64,000 nucleotides of DNA. Origin: Octopus sinensis. Taxonomy: Eukaryota. Of this stretch, positions 38,306 to 52,162 are shown piece after piece. The translations under genes were made by a program, and so were the position numbers. The stretch covers positions 91,698,001 through 91,762,000 of the forward strand of contig NC_043003.1 of NCBI RefSeq assembly GCF_006345805.1, read 5' to 3'. The notes beneath the pieces were generated by a model. The model made no database searches. It worked only from the letters and a program-made list of their open reading frames with translations, and was not told the DNA's origin. The number at the start of each line of letters is the position of its first letter. Positions within the stretch are counted from its first letter, which is position 1.

Positions 38306-38612
38306 GCAGAATGTTGGAAATGAATGACACTGCTTGTATGACAGGGACACTCATTTACAACTATCACGTGATGTCAAACATACACACACACATGCATATG
38401 TCTACCAATTTAACTCACAAGGTTTGATTGACCTGAGGCTATAGTAGAAGGCACTTGCTTTTAGATGCCATGCAATGGGACTGAACCTGATGCCATATTG
38501 TTGGGAAGCAAACCTCTTAAACACAAGTCACGTTTGAACCTCCATTTTACCCCAAGGATGCAAGTATAGTTAATCATCAGCTTAATCTTTATTAAGAATG
38601 ATAAACATTTAA

Positions 38613-40332
38613 CAAAGACCCGGCGACGTAGTCAGTCCACCTGTGCATACCTTCCCTCTTATGACACTTGTGAAGACCTGTTGAGGCAAGTGTGTGACAC
38701 TTGTGAAGACCTGTTGAGGCAGAGGCAAGTGTGTGACACTTTGTGAAGACCTGTGAGGCAGAGGCAAGTGTGTGACACTTGTGGAGACCTGTTGAGGCAA
38801 GTGTGTGACACGTGTGACACTTGTGAAGACCTGTTGAGGCAAGTGAAAATCAAACCAAATCAAAATAGATGAACATCAATGGAATTTGTATCTTTGTGGT
38901 TCCAGTACCGGTGGCACACAAGAAAACCATCCGATCGTGGCCGTTCGCCAAACTCATCTGGCACCTGTGTCGGTGGCACATAAAAACACCATCCGAAGAC
39001 CCGCGACGTAGTAGTCCACCTGTGCATACCTTCCTACTTATGACACTTGTGAAGACCTGTTGAGGCAAGTGTGTGACACTTGTGTAGACCTGTGAGGCAA
39101 GTGAAAATCAAAATCAAAATCAAATCAAATCAAATCAAACCAAATCAAAATAGATGAACATCAATGGAATTTGTATCTTTGTGGTACCAGTACCGGTGGC
39201 ACACAAGAAAACCATCCGAACGTGGCCGTAGCCAGTACCGCATAGACTGGCCTCTGTGATGTGGGCACATAATAACAAACACCATCCGATCGTGGCCGTC
39301 CGCCAGCCTCATCTGGCACCTGTGTCGGTGGCACATAAAAACACCAACCGAAGACCCGGCAAGACTAGTCAGGCCATAACCCGTGGCCCCTACTTGGGAC
39401 GTAGTCAGTCCACCTGTGCATACCTTCCTTCCTTCTTGTGACACTGTGAAGACCTGTGAAGACCTGTTGAGGCAAGTGAAAATCAAATCAATCAGATCAA
39501 AATAGATGAACATCAATGGAATTTGTATCTTGTGGTACCAGTGCTGGTGGCACACAAGAAAACCATCCGAATGTGGCCGTAGCCAGTACCCGCGACTGGC
39601 CTCCGTGCTGTGGGCACGCAACAAACACCATCCGATCGTGGCGTTCGCCAGCCTCATCTGGCACTGTGTCGGTGGCACATAAAAACACCATCCGAAGACC
39701 CGGCAAGACTAGTCAGGCCATAACCGTGGCCCCTACCTGGGACGTAGTCAGTCCACCTGTGCATACCTTCCTTCTTGTGACACTTGTGAAGACCTGTTGA
39801 GGCAAGTGAAAATCAAATCAAATCAAAACAAATCAAAATAGATGAACATCAATGGAATTGTATCTTGTGGTACCAGTGCCGTTGGTACCAGTGCCGGTGG
39901 CACACAACAAGAAAATCATCCGAACGTGGCCGTAGCCAGTACCGCATAGACTGGCCTCCGTGCTTTGGGGACGTAAAAACACCATCCGATCGTGGCCGTC
40001 CGCCAAGCCTCATCTGGCACCTGTGTCGGTGGCACATAAAAACACCATCCGAGCGTGGCCGTCTGCCAGCCTCGTCTGGCACCTGTGTCGGTGGCACATA
40101 AAAACACCATCCGAGCGTGGCCGTTCGCCAGCCTCGTCTGGCACCTGTGTCGGTGGCACATAAAATCACCCACTACACTCTCGGAGTGGTTGGCGTTAGG
40201 AAGGGCATCCAGCTGTAGAAACACTGCCAGATCTGACTGGCCTGGTGCAGCCTTCAGGCTCCCCAGACCCCAGTTGAACCGTCCAACCCATGCTAGCATG
40301 GAAAACGGACGCTAAATGATGATGATGATGAT
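38613..40332 (+). repeat. Tandem concatemer (~4 units of ~350 bp) of an RTE ORF-end/3' UTR segment, ending in a complete RTE tail
   Basis: The unit matches 63870-64000 (AGACCYGGCAAGAC...GAAGACCTGTTGAGGCAAGTGAA); the last unit runs into ...GGACGCTAAATGATGATG. Confidence 0.85.
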
Positions 40333-40419
40333 AAAGCTAGAATTTATTACAGTCAAAATGATAATTTCATTTTAAAATAACCATTCATACACCATACTTA
40401 ATATACATAACCTTTTAAG

Positions 40420-40630
40420 GCAGCAAACTGGCAGAATAATTAACATGCCATACAAAATGCTTAGTGGCATTTCTTCTGTCTTTATGTTCTGAATTAAAAT
40501 TCTGCTGAAAGTAGCTTTGCCTTTCGTCCTTTCAGTGTCAATAAAATAAGTATCAGCTGAGTACAGGGGTTGATGTAATTGGTTTACCCCTTCTCCTGAA
40601 CTTGCTGGCCTTGTGCCAAAATTTGAAACT
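40420..40630 (+). mobile_element. Meta-like tRNA SINE
   Basis: Head AGGCAGCAAACTGGCAGAA... and core CCTTTCGTCCTTTCAGTGTCAATAAAATAAGTATCAG. Confidence 0.7.
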
Positions 40631-40889
40631 AATATACATACATCTTTGATAGCCAAGATATTGTAGTTTTCATCCAAGATAAAATGTCTTATAGATGTGC
40701 TGTATTCAAAACACAATATATTGGTGAGAGATGAAAAATCATTCTGGCATTGATTAGTAAGAATGCCAGATGCATTTTCCCTCTCTTCGGCCTTGTTAAT
40801 GTCATATATTTGCAGTCACATTCCTTATGAAAGCAATCATCTCTGATATATAGAAAGCGGTAATAATACATTCACTGATATTGCAAAAG

Positions 40890-41265
40890 CTGCTGGGCTG
40901 AATAATCTCACCTGTTAACAGTGTATATACATTAAGCGTGATTGGTACTCTGTTGGTTATGATGACATGTTTCAGTTGCTCTGATCAACAAAGCAGCTTG
41001 CTTGTAAAATTAACATGCAAGTGGCTAAACACTCCACAAATACGCATACTCTTAACATAGTTCTCAGGGAGATTCGGCATGACACAGAATGTGACAAGGC
41101 TGGCCATTTGAATTACAGATACAACTCACTTTTGCCAGCTGAGTGGACTGGAGCAACATGAAATAAAGTGTCTTGCTCAAGGATACAATACACTGCCAAG
41201 AATCGAACTCATGACCTTGCTATCATGAGCGAAATATCCTAACCACTAAGCCACGTGCCTTCACT
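40890..41265 (-). mobile_element. tRNA-derived SINE
   Basis: Minus-strand head GTGAAGGCACGTGGCTTAGTGGTTAGG...GAGTTCGATTC. Confidence 0.7.
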
Positions 41266-42005
41266 TAATTTAATTTAATAGTGCTTCAAATATGTACACT
41301 GGATAATTTAATTTTGTTTTTAATTTGGAGCAAGAGTGACCTATAAAATAATTGAAGTTGTAATGAGCCTTTAAGATACTTGATATACACATAGACAGAC
41401 AGACAGACAGATACAGACACACACACGCACACACATACGAACATGCCTGCACATGAATGTGTATATATGTGTGTACATGATAAGTCCATCTGGATTTCAA
41501 AAGCTACTTTACTTAAGTGAGATTCTTTACTTGAAGCAAATTATGAGGTATCACTTGCACTGGTACCACACACACACACACAAATAAAACGCGTCCTGTG
41601 CAGTATAAAGTGGTTAACATTAGGAAGGGCATCCGACCATAGAAACCAATCTGCAGTGGACATTGTATGAAGGATTCCTCTGACTCATGAGACTCAGGCA
41701 AACTGTCAAACACGTTAGTATGGAAGCCGGATGTTAAATGATGATGATGATGGTCGAATGAAACACTTCTTTTTATTAATCTGTGTGCAATATAAAGCTT
41801 TTTTTTTGTATCCTAAAAACTTGTGCTGTAAAGGGAAATTTGAAACATTGCCAAGTTAAAAATTTATACACATTTATATATATATTCATATACGCACATT
41901 CACAACACATGCATGCATGCAAATATTGATTGACACTACACTCAAGTTTTGCATATGGCAAAGTAGTGACTCATGCATAGAAGTCTGCAGAAACTGAATA
42001 TGTAT

Positions 42006-42065
<60 letters not shown>

Positions 42066-42146
42066 TGTGCATAAGAGTAAGTTTATATATGTACCTAGAA
42101 AAATAAATATCTGTGTAAGAAAGTTACTGATGAGTATGTCTTCTGT

Positions 42147-42212
<66 letters not shown>

Positions 42213-42382
42213 ATTCATGCACACACACATTTATCTGTTCAAGTATATGTTTGAATGTTGCATATAGTTGTATATACATACATATATACATACATACTGT
42301 CTGAAACCAATGAAAATGTATATCTGTATCTGTGTGTTTAAGAACATACAGATGTTCTTACATACATGTATTTTTACTATCT

Positions 42383-42414
<32 letters not shown>

Positions 42415-42534
42415 CACAGCAATCAACAAATTAATTCTACATTTTTCTTGTATAATTTCTTCTACCTATTATGCCCCAGGGACAGTATAGCAAAAACGAT
42501 GCTGTGCATAACAGTCAGTGATATTTGTTGCATC

Positions 42535-43161
42535 ATCCACTTTTACTTTATGGAGTTCTTTCTTCAGGTGAGATGCCTCCATCCCATTTTGATAAAGGAA
42601 AGTGGCAAACCAGGAACTGAGTATACTAGAGGTTTTAGCACTGACCGTTAATGACTCATACTCAGCTGTGTTCCACTCCTCTGTGTATCGGATCCGGTTC
42701 TTGTGCTTATGGCTGAAGCTACAAGGCTGGTACAAGAGTTTGTATCATAACACATCACATTGCAGATGTGCAACTTCATCCGTTCTCTTGGATGGGAAAA
42801 GGACTACACCACCACCACCACCACACAAATATTATTGCTGTGGATAATCCACTTTTACTTTATGGAGTTCTTTCTTCAGGTGAGATGCCTCCATCCCATT
42901 TTGATAAAGGAAAGTGGCAAACCAGGAACTGAGTATACTAGAGGTTTTAGCACTGACCGTTAATGACTCATACTCAGCTGTGTTCCACTCCTCTGTGTAT
43001 AGGATCCGGTTCTTGTGCTTATGGCTGAAGCTACAAGGTTGGTACAAGAGTTTGTATCATAACACATCACATTGCAGATGTGCAACTTCATCCGTTCTCT
43101 TGGATGGGAAAAGGACTACACCACCACCACCACCACCACACAAATATTATTGCTGTGGATA
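42535..43161. repeat. Young direct tandem duplication, period 312 bp
   Basis: Two copies differ by about 2 substitutions and one CAC unit. Confidence 0.92.
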
Positions 43162-45093
43162 ATGTCCCTGTTAATAACTTCACCCAGTACAGCTTGGAGA
43201 AGGAAATGTTCCACTGTGATGGCAAAAGCGGGAGTTCATTTTGAACTTGTTGACAGTAACTCTACAACATTATGTAATACACATATGTGGAGACCAAGGT
43301 ACAGAGCAATTCCAGTGTATGTGCACTCATCATCAAGATGGGTGCTGGTCTAAAAAGAGAGTACTGTGCCAGTTAACACTATATTCAGTTAGTTGATCCA
43401 TGAATTTAATTGTTTTTTTATAGAGGCAAGCCCACAACTGTTGCAGTCCTCACTCCCAGACTGGTGAAATTCATACAGTTGATGTTCAGTTTGAATATTT
43501 GTTGAGTGATGTCTGCAGTAAAAAAAAGGATGGTAAAGAAATTCCATGCAAATTCTTGGAAGGAAAGAAGGGTTTGGTAAAGTGCTCAGTGTAGGATCTG
43601 CGATGTGAGACACAGTTGAGATGACTGGATAAAGAAAGTTATGTATGGTGGGTGGGATAAAGATTGATGGAATATGCAGATAGTTAGCTCAAATGTGAAT
43701 TTTTCAATCATAAAGTAATGATAATAAATAATGGCTTGAGATTTTGGCACAAGACTAGCAATTTTAAGGGAGAGGTGAATCAATTTCGGGAGGGAATGTG
43801 TTATTTCCTTTGGAAGCTTAAAAATTTTACTCTCACCGTTCACTCATGCCCAAATGTTATTCTCACCATTTACCCAAACATTTTTTTGAAATCAATTTAT
43901 ACTTAAAAACTCCCCAGACACATAAGCAATGTGTGTGTGAGGTTTAAGAAAAATTGGTCAAGCCGTTTTGGCACAAAACGAGGACATACTGATACACACA
44001 TACACACACACACACACACAGACGTTTTCAGTTTTAATATGTACGATACAAATGAAAGCAGCATTTATATGAATGATTCTACCAAACTTTCTCATTCTAG
44101 CACAATAATTACACACTTGTAGAAGTAATGGGATAGAATCAACCCCTTTTCATCCAGGCCTGGCATGTATTTTATCAACCTCTTAGAGAGAGACTTTATG
44201 ACGTGACCTATGCAGTCACATGACCAGCTAGAAATAGCTCCCAAATCTCTATCAAATTACACTCTACTGCTTTGAGTAAGACACAGACACATTGGCTGAT
44301 GCATTCCTATATATCCTTAAAAAATATAGTATAGACTTGGTTGGAACAGCTTTGAACATAGTTCAAAGTTTTCCTTGGAGTTAACTCATGAGAAGCAGAT
44401 CAAAGTTGAATTCAAAACATTGTCGAAATATATTATTTTTTACTCTGATATTTGGTGATAGATGCTATGATACAATCTAAGATAATTGTTCATAACTAAA
44501 TTGGCGTGGTTTAGCTCCAAGTCAAATCTGATTTGATAGAATAATATAAAGGCAGGCATTCCACTGTTTAAATAAATACAATTCTGAAATTGTCCAGGGT
44601 GTCCCTTTTTTTCTTTTTTTTTTTTCTTATTTGAGAGAGATTTGGCTGCTATTTTTACCATGTTGGCTTGTTTGTAATTTAGTTTCTGTCTCTGGTTACA
44701 ATTGTTTTCTTTTGTTATGTTGCTATTGTCGTTAGAAATGGCATGAATACCACAATGTTCTAATCTATGGTTTTTACATTTCACCTTCTAATTTTGGTTT
44801 CAAATTTTGGCACAAGACCAGGAAGTTCAAGAAAGGATGTAAGTCAATTACATCGACCCCAGCACTCAACTGGTACTTATTCTATCAACCTCAAAAGGCT
44901 GAAAGGCAAAGTCAACCTCGGCAGGATTTGAACACAAAACATAAAGATGGATGAAATGTTGCTAAGCATTCTGTTTGGAATGCTAACGATTCTACCAGCT
45001 CACTGTCTTTTCCATCCGTCCGTCCGTCCGTCCGTCCGTCCGTCCGTCCGTCCATCCATCCATCCATCCATCCATCCATCCATCCATCCATCC

Positions 45094-45126
<33 letters not shown>

Positions 45127-45147
<21 letters not shown>

Positions 45148-45620
45148 AACCGAGTCTATTGTCAATATTGTCACGCCTCCTTCCTTCAAATGGGAAGGAA
45201 GAGCTATTTTCATCATCCTTGTGGCTATGGTGAAAGAATGTATCTGGTGGACATGTCTGAAAGGATTGGAGACAAACACTTTCCTCTCTGGTCAATCTCT
45301 CATCAACTTCTTCAAGTATCACTTGAAAAGGAAAGTGAGGGTAGAGAGGCAAGTTTTGTCTAGCGAATGTTTTAAAAAAAGATGGGTGAACGTAGCAAGG
45401 ATGGCACGTATGAATGACGAAGCCACCTTGAGCATAATCCTATGAACCCGGAAATTGAAAACAGAGGGTTACCCGCTTGCAAACAAATGTGGTAACATAT
45501 AACAATATTGACTGAGGTTACCGTGGTCTTTTCCGTAGGCTTTTCTTCCCACGGATAAACCTTATCTGCTTCCCCCTTTACACCGTACATCATGACACTG
45601 TGATACACAATCCCTATTGA
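45127..45620 (+). mobile_element. 3' end of an L1/Tx1-like LINE
   Basis: ESIVNIVTPP..AIFIILVAMVKECIWW...FFKYHLKRKVRVER...FKKRW..., followed by a 3' UTR. Confidence 0.6.
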
Positions 45621-47639
45621 TGGTTTTTTTTCTTTTTCCTTTTTTATTTCTTCTTTTTTCTTTTTTTCTTTTCTTTTGTTTCTTTTCCTTTTTTTTTCTT
45701 TTTTTCCCTCTTTCCCTTTTACGATCCCTTTTGATCGAAAACCTACCCACTTTCTTTCTTTTTTTTTTTTCTCCAAAAAAAGAAAAGCTCTACTTTGTAA
45801 TCTGTCCCGTCTGTGTGCAGCCCTGTGTGGCTAATAAAGAAACATACCTATCTATGTATCTATCTATCTATCCATTCATCCATCCATCCATCCATCCATC
45901 ATCATCATCATCATCATCATTTAATGTCCATTTTCCATGCTGGCATGGGTTGAACGGTTTGACAGGATCTGACCTGCTGAAGGGCTGTTCAGATTTCCTG
46001 TCTGTTTAGGCATGGTTTCTACGGCTGAATGCCCTTCCTAACAGCAACCACTTTACAGAGTGTACTGGGGGGCTTTTTGTTATTGCAATGGATATGCTTT
46101 GAAAGTTGTGTTTGTTGTTGAATGGTTCTAAGTTGGCCCTGAAAAAGCAAACCTATGACCACCGAAGATATTCCAACCCATTATCATCACATCTTTTTTT
46201 TCAGATAATATTATCTACATAATATATTACTTTTTTAAAGACAGTAGGGTATGATTTCAGGGAAATTTTGCTTCTATTTCTAACATAATCAACTGGTTAC
46301 ATTGAGAGTTCTTTGTTTACAGTCGAAAAGTTTAAGAGTTTGAAAATGAGGTGATGGTGGTGGTGTATTTTAGGAAATGACTCAACTGGGTTGCGAACTC
46401 TGTATGTGTGGTGTGTGTAGGGGGGTAGGTGGGTGGTTGGGTGTTTGCATGGTGAATATGCACGTGTTCTAATCATAGGGTTTAAGCCAAAGCAATATCC
46501 ACAAAATAGCAGTAAGATGGGATTGGTGCACCCCCCCACACACACACCACCTCAAGTCCCTTCATGGGAATAAAGTATTCAGTGCATTCAATTGAGAGTG
46601 GTAGATAGAGGTCAAATGTCACAAGGATTAAGATGAAGTCTTGGAGCAAACAGTTTGTTTTCCATCTGGAGAATGTTTATATATTTACATACACAGACAC
46701 ACATATACTCTCACATACTCATGCATGCACGCACGCATGCACACACACACACACACACACACAGGCTGCTGGTCTTCACCATTTTCTGTTTTCCATATTT
46801 TTTCTTTGCTTTTATTATTTTCTTTTTTCTTTTCTTCTGTCTCTATATAATATGTATGCACATACATTTAAGAGTGTGCCACCTGACCACCCACTCCTCA
46901 TCTCTCACTCTCTCATAGGCTCTTGCAATCTCTACCCACCTACATTCCCAGTTCTTCTGCCCTCTCCCGTGCTACTTCCTGCCCTCACCAGAGGCTTGAT
47001 ATAAACACCTCACTGTTTTATTGCTTCTTTGTTCTGACCTGGTCACCCTGCTTCCCTCTGTCTTCTAAAATGTGAGTAGCAATATAGATCCTTTATAGCA
47101 GTGGTTCCAAAACATTTTTTGGGGCTGCTGTCCTTTTGGTACCTAGGTCATATTCCTAGCATCTCTCCCACCCTAACTCACCACCACAAACATAAACCTC
47201 TTTCCAAAGCAAATTCAAAACAACTGATTTTCACAAATCAAACTTAACCTAATTAACCCATTATTTTGTTGTTTTTATACTCCATTATTGCCCCACTTTT
47301 CTTCAATGACTCCCTCCCCTAAATCTTTCCACTATCCCTAGGGGGCAGTACTGCTTTCTTTGGGAACCACTGCAGCAAGAAACCTGTTCTGCTTGGACCC
47401 TTCTCTTATGCTTAACTCTTCATTTCCTAGCATAAAAACAACCTGTACATGCTGTGAAGCTATTGACATCGAAAAGGGTATTTTGGCATAGAAACCATAC
47501 CAAAGTACGCACTGGAGCATGCTGCAGTCCTTGGGCTTTTTTGGATCCTGTCAAACCATTCAAAACTTGCTTGCATGGAATATGGGCATTAAATGATGAT
47601 AATGATGATGATGATGCCAGCATGCAACCAAAAGAATAC

Positions 47640-48125
47640 CCTCCATCAGGCATTTGCCATATCCTGAATGCCTTACTTCCCTGGGTATGGACACATTGAA
47701 ACTCCGACGTCTGGCAGCTGACTTGGCAGACACCCATAAAATTATCAACCATCGTACTAACAATAACTCTGAGCACCTTTTTAAACTCCACCCATCTAAC
47801 ACCCGTGGACATATTTACAAAGTCAGAAAGCAGCACAGCTCCCATGACTTCAGGAAACATTTTTTCATGCTGAGAGTTGCTGAAGCATGGAACAAACTGC
47901 CGGCATCAGTTGTTAGTTGTCGGAGCATTGCGTCCTTCAAAACTTCCATGCTTTCTGAGATTCGCCAACACTACACCTGATTTTCTCCCCTCCATACACA
48001 CACAAGCATGTATCTGACTCATGCATTGTTTGCTTTCCAGACATTTGTACATTACTGCATATACTCTGACAAGTTGTGGTGCACCTCAGCACTGTATACA
48101 ATAATTTCATTATTATTATTATTAT
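47640..48125 (+). mobile_element. 3' end of a CR1/L2-group LINE
   Basis: LPYPECLTSLGMDTLKLRRLAADL...NTRGH...FF.LRV.EAWNKLP.SVV...SFK; tail ends CACTGTATACAATAATTTC(ATT)n. Confidence 0.88.
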
Positions 48126-48299
48126 ATGATGGTGGTGATGATGGTGTCTGCATGCATGCACAAAGCCACCAATATTGAGAGGAAAGGGGTAGTCGAATAT
48201 TATTGAACTCAGTACTTGACTGAGACTTTATTTTATTGACCTCATGTATTGAAACTGATGAGCAGTTCTGTCATTTTGTTTACCAATTAAATTATTGTA

Positions 48300-48530
48300 T
48301 TTTACTCTTTTACTTGTTTCAGTCATTTGACTGTCGCCATGCTGGAGTACTGCCTTAAAGGATTTTGGTCGAGGAAATCGACCCCAGGACTTATTCTTTG
48401 TAAGCCTAGTACTTATTCTATTGGCCTCTTTTGCCAGACCACTAAGTTACAGGGACATAAACATGCCAACATTGGTTGCCAAGTGATGTTGGGAGATCAA
48501 ACACAGATATAAAGACAAACACTCATAAAC

Positions 48531-48622
<92 letters not shown>

Positions 48623-49088
48623 CATACACACACATACATATTCTTTTACTTGTTTCAGTCATTTGACTGCAGCCATGCTGATGACGGGCTTCTTTCAGTT
48701 TCTTATTTCTTTACTGCCCACAAGGGGCTACTCACATAGGGGATAAACAAGGACAGACAAAGGGATTAAGTCGATTATATCGACTCCTGTGTGTAACTGG
48801 TACTTATTTAATCGACCCCAAAAGGATGAAAGGCAAAGTTGACCTCGGCGGAATTTGAACTCAGAATGTAGTGGCAGACGAAATACTGCTAAGCATTTTG
48901 CCCGGCATGCTAACGTTTCTGCCAGCTCGCTGCCTTTCAGTTTCTGTCTACTAAATCCACTCACAAGGCTTTGGTTGACCTGAGGTTATAGTAGAATACA
49001 CTTGTCCAAGATTCCACACAGTAGGACTGAACATAGAACCATGTGGTTGGGAAGCAAGCTTCTTACCACACAGCCATGCCTGCGCCTA
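48300..49088 (-). mobile_element. OR-like SINE with a nested Meta-like SINE (48700-48935)
   Basis: The nested copy is flanked by a TTTCAGTTTCT duplication. Confidence 0.7.
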
Positions 49089-49501
49089 TATAAGTCATTA
49101 TTATTTAAATTTATTCACCTTCATTGTTTTACTGACTTGTAGGGACACCATATTTCATTATGCAACCAGTAGAATATAGCATTGACTCATAAAGAGTTTA
49201 ATATGCTTTGTAGTAACAAATCAGTGCTGGCTATAATTTCTATGGAAAATCTGCAGAGACAACCTAACCAAGTTATTATTTTAATATTCAGTTTTCTATG
49301 TCTGTATGGATTAGACAGAATATCATTGAGGCAGATTTTTTACAGCTGGATGCCTTTCCTGTCACCAACTTTCAGCTATTTAAAAGCAAGGATGGCCTTG
49401 GACAATATTCTGCAGAATATTGGAAATGAATGATACTTTGTATGACAGTGATACTCATTTACAGCTATCAAGTGATATCAAGACAAAGAAACACAAATGT
49501 A

Positions 49502-49540
<39 letters not shown>

Positions 49541-49917
49541 CATGCTTCTTTAGATTCTGTCTACCAAATTCACTTTGCCCAAGACCTTAGTAGAAGACAG
49601 CCAGAGCTATAGTAGATGCTATGCTGTGAAACTGAATGCTAAATCATGTAGTTAGGAGGTAGATTTCTTAACCACGCAGCTATGCCTGCATCTAAATTCA
49701 TTATTTTTGTTATTTTATTATTTTAATTCATAATTTTAATCATCTAAATTATAACTACATGAGACAGATTTCTCCACAAGTCAAAGATACTTGCCTAAAG
49801 TGCTAAGTATAGGATTGAACCCAGTACCAAGTGGTTGCAAAGCCAACTTTTTTATCCTACAGCTATGTTTGAGTTCAGTTCATCTCAGGATTCAATTTTA
49901 ATAATAATAATAATAAT

Positions 49918-50813
49918 GGTTTCAAATTTTGGCACAAGGCCAGCAATTTCAGGAGAGTGGATTTAGTTGATTATATCACTCTCAGTTCTCAGCTGGTACA
50001 AATTTTATTGACCACAAAAGGATGAAAGACATAATTAACCTTGGTGGAATTTGAACTCAGAACGTAAGGACAGATGAGATGCCACTATGCATTTTGCTTG
50101 GTGTGCAAATGATTCTGCCAACTTGCTAACTTGTTTAATAATAATATTGATTTCAAACTTTGGCACAGGGCCAGCAGGTTTGGGGAAGGGACTAAGTCGA
50201 TTACATCATCCCCAGTGCTCAACTTATTTTATCGACCCCCAAAAGGATGAAAGGCAAAATCAACCTTGGCAGAGTTTGAATTCAGAGCATAAGGATGGAT
50301 GAGATGACACTAAACATTTTATCTGGCATGCTAATGGTTCTGCCAACTCCCCACCTTGTTTGATAGTAACGATATTGGTTTCTAATTTTGGCACAAGGTC
50401 AGTAACTTGTAGGGAGGGGGAAAGTCAATTACATTGACCCCACTGCTCAACTGGTACTTTATTTTATCAATTCCAAGAGGATGAAAGCTAAGAGGACCTT
50501 AGTGGAATTTGTACTCAGGATGTGAAGATGAACGAAATGCTACTAAGCATTTTGCCTGGCATGCAAATGTTTCTGCCAGCTTGCCATCTTGTTTAAAAAT
50601 AGTTTCAAATTTTGGCACAAGGCCTGCAATTTCGAGGAAAGGGTAAATCAATTACATCGACCCTAGTAGTTAACCGGTACCTATTTTATTGACTCCGAAA
50701 GGATGAAAGGTAAAGTCAGCCTTAGCAAAACTTGAAATCAGGGCATGAAGACAAATGAAATGCTACTAAGAATTTTGCCCAGTATGCAAATGTTTTTGCC
50801 AGCTTGCTGCCTT
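49918..50813 (-). repeat. Four tandem Meta-like SINE units (period ~224-232 bp)
   Basis: Units start at about 49918, 50150, 50377 and 50601 and share a TTGTTT/(AAT)n spacer. Confidence 0.85.
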
Positions 50814-50819
50814 GTTTAA

Positions 50820-50827
50820 TAATAATA

Positions 50828-50877
<50 letters not shown>

Positions 50878-51240
50878 TTGAGCTAATTGTATACAGTGCT
50901 CTGGTGCACTACAACTTGTTGAAAAAAGGTAAATGAGAAGACAGAAAGCAATAAGTTAAAACAAAAGACAGTAATGAATACTAAAAGTGCATGCTTAGAA
51001 CATGGGATCGAATACAGAAAGTGAACAATAAATGCACCTTGAAGAGGAAAGGGTGCATAGGTATATCAAGGGTAGTGCTATTGAATTTCAGGCAATATGG
51101 AAGTTTTGGAGGATGCCTTTTATCCTTCCAGGGCTGATAAAATAAGTTCAAGTCAAGAATTCTTGTTGTTTAAATCATGTTTTAATTGACTATGCCCATT
51201 ATCCAAAATAGGTGACCCTGAATCTCAGTTACAAATCATT
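50820..51240 (-). mobile_element. CR1-like LINE 3' end (older relative of 47640-48125)
   Basis: Minus-strand AAAACTTCCATATTGCCTGAAATTC...TGA and tail GTTGTAGTGCACCAGAGCACTGTATACAA(TTA)n. Confidence 0.65.
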
Positions 51241-51327
51241 ACCTAGATCAGTGTTTTTACAATCTGTCTTGTCCCACACCCCACTTCAATTTCTCAGAAA
51301 AATTCGACAAAGTATATAGCATATATA

Positions 51328-51384
<57 letters not shown>

Positions 51385-51407
51385 ATATATGTATATATAT
51401 ATATATA

Positions 51408-51610
51408 AAGTTAATCCAAACAAGAAAGCACAAAAAAACACAACAAAACGAGGACATGGAACAATATAGTATTATTGGACGCTCAAGAAAGAAGGAAAGA
51501 AGGAGGGTTTAACGTTCGAGCGGAGCTCTTCGTCGGAAACATAGGAGAAGGAAAGATCCAGAGAAGGAAGGCAGAGGAAAAAAAATCGCCAACAGTACAC
51601 ATGCAGTCAT
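51408..51610 (-). mobile_element. Short (TA)n-embedded element with hammerhead motif (family H3)
   Basis: Reverse complement of 57010-57210; the hammerhead at 51507-51540 reads GTTT-CCGACGA-A-GAGC-TCC-GCTC-GAAC-GTT-AAAC (one A lost). Confidence 0.65.
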
Positions 51611-51649
51611 ATATATATATTAGCATATATTTAGACCATATAGTATATA

Positions 51650-51697
<48 letters not shown>

Positions 51698-51704
51698 CCT
51701 TTTT

Positions 51705-52111
51705 TCTCTTTTACTTGTTTCAGTCATTTGACTGCGGCCATGCTGGAGCACCGCCTTTAATTGAGCAACTCAACCCCGGGACTTATTCTTTTGTAAGCCC
51801 AGTACTTATTCTATCAGTCTCTTTTGTCGAACCGCTAAGTAACGGGGACATAAACACACCAGCATCGGTTGTCAAGCAATGCTAGGGGGACAAACACAGA
51901 CACACAAACACACACATGCACACATATATATATATATATATACATATGTACGACGGGCTTCTTTCAGTTTCCATCTACCAAATCTACTCACAAGGCTTTG
52001 GTCGGCCCGAGGCTATAGTAAAAGACACTTGCCCAAGGTGCCACGCAGTGGGACTGAACCTGGAACCATGTGGTTGCTAAACAAGCTACTTACCACACAG
52101 CCACTCCTGCG

Positions 52112-52114
<3 letters not shown>
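51705..52114 (-). mobile_element. Full-length OR-like CORE SINE
   Basis: Near-consensus copy. Confidence 0.85.

Positions 52115-52162
<48 letters not shown>

Noticed and set aside
38613-40200. Repeat array superficially like a CRISPR or a coding repeat
   Set aside because: No unique spacers; the unit is an RTE 3' UTR segment; the context is eukaryotic.
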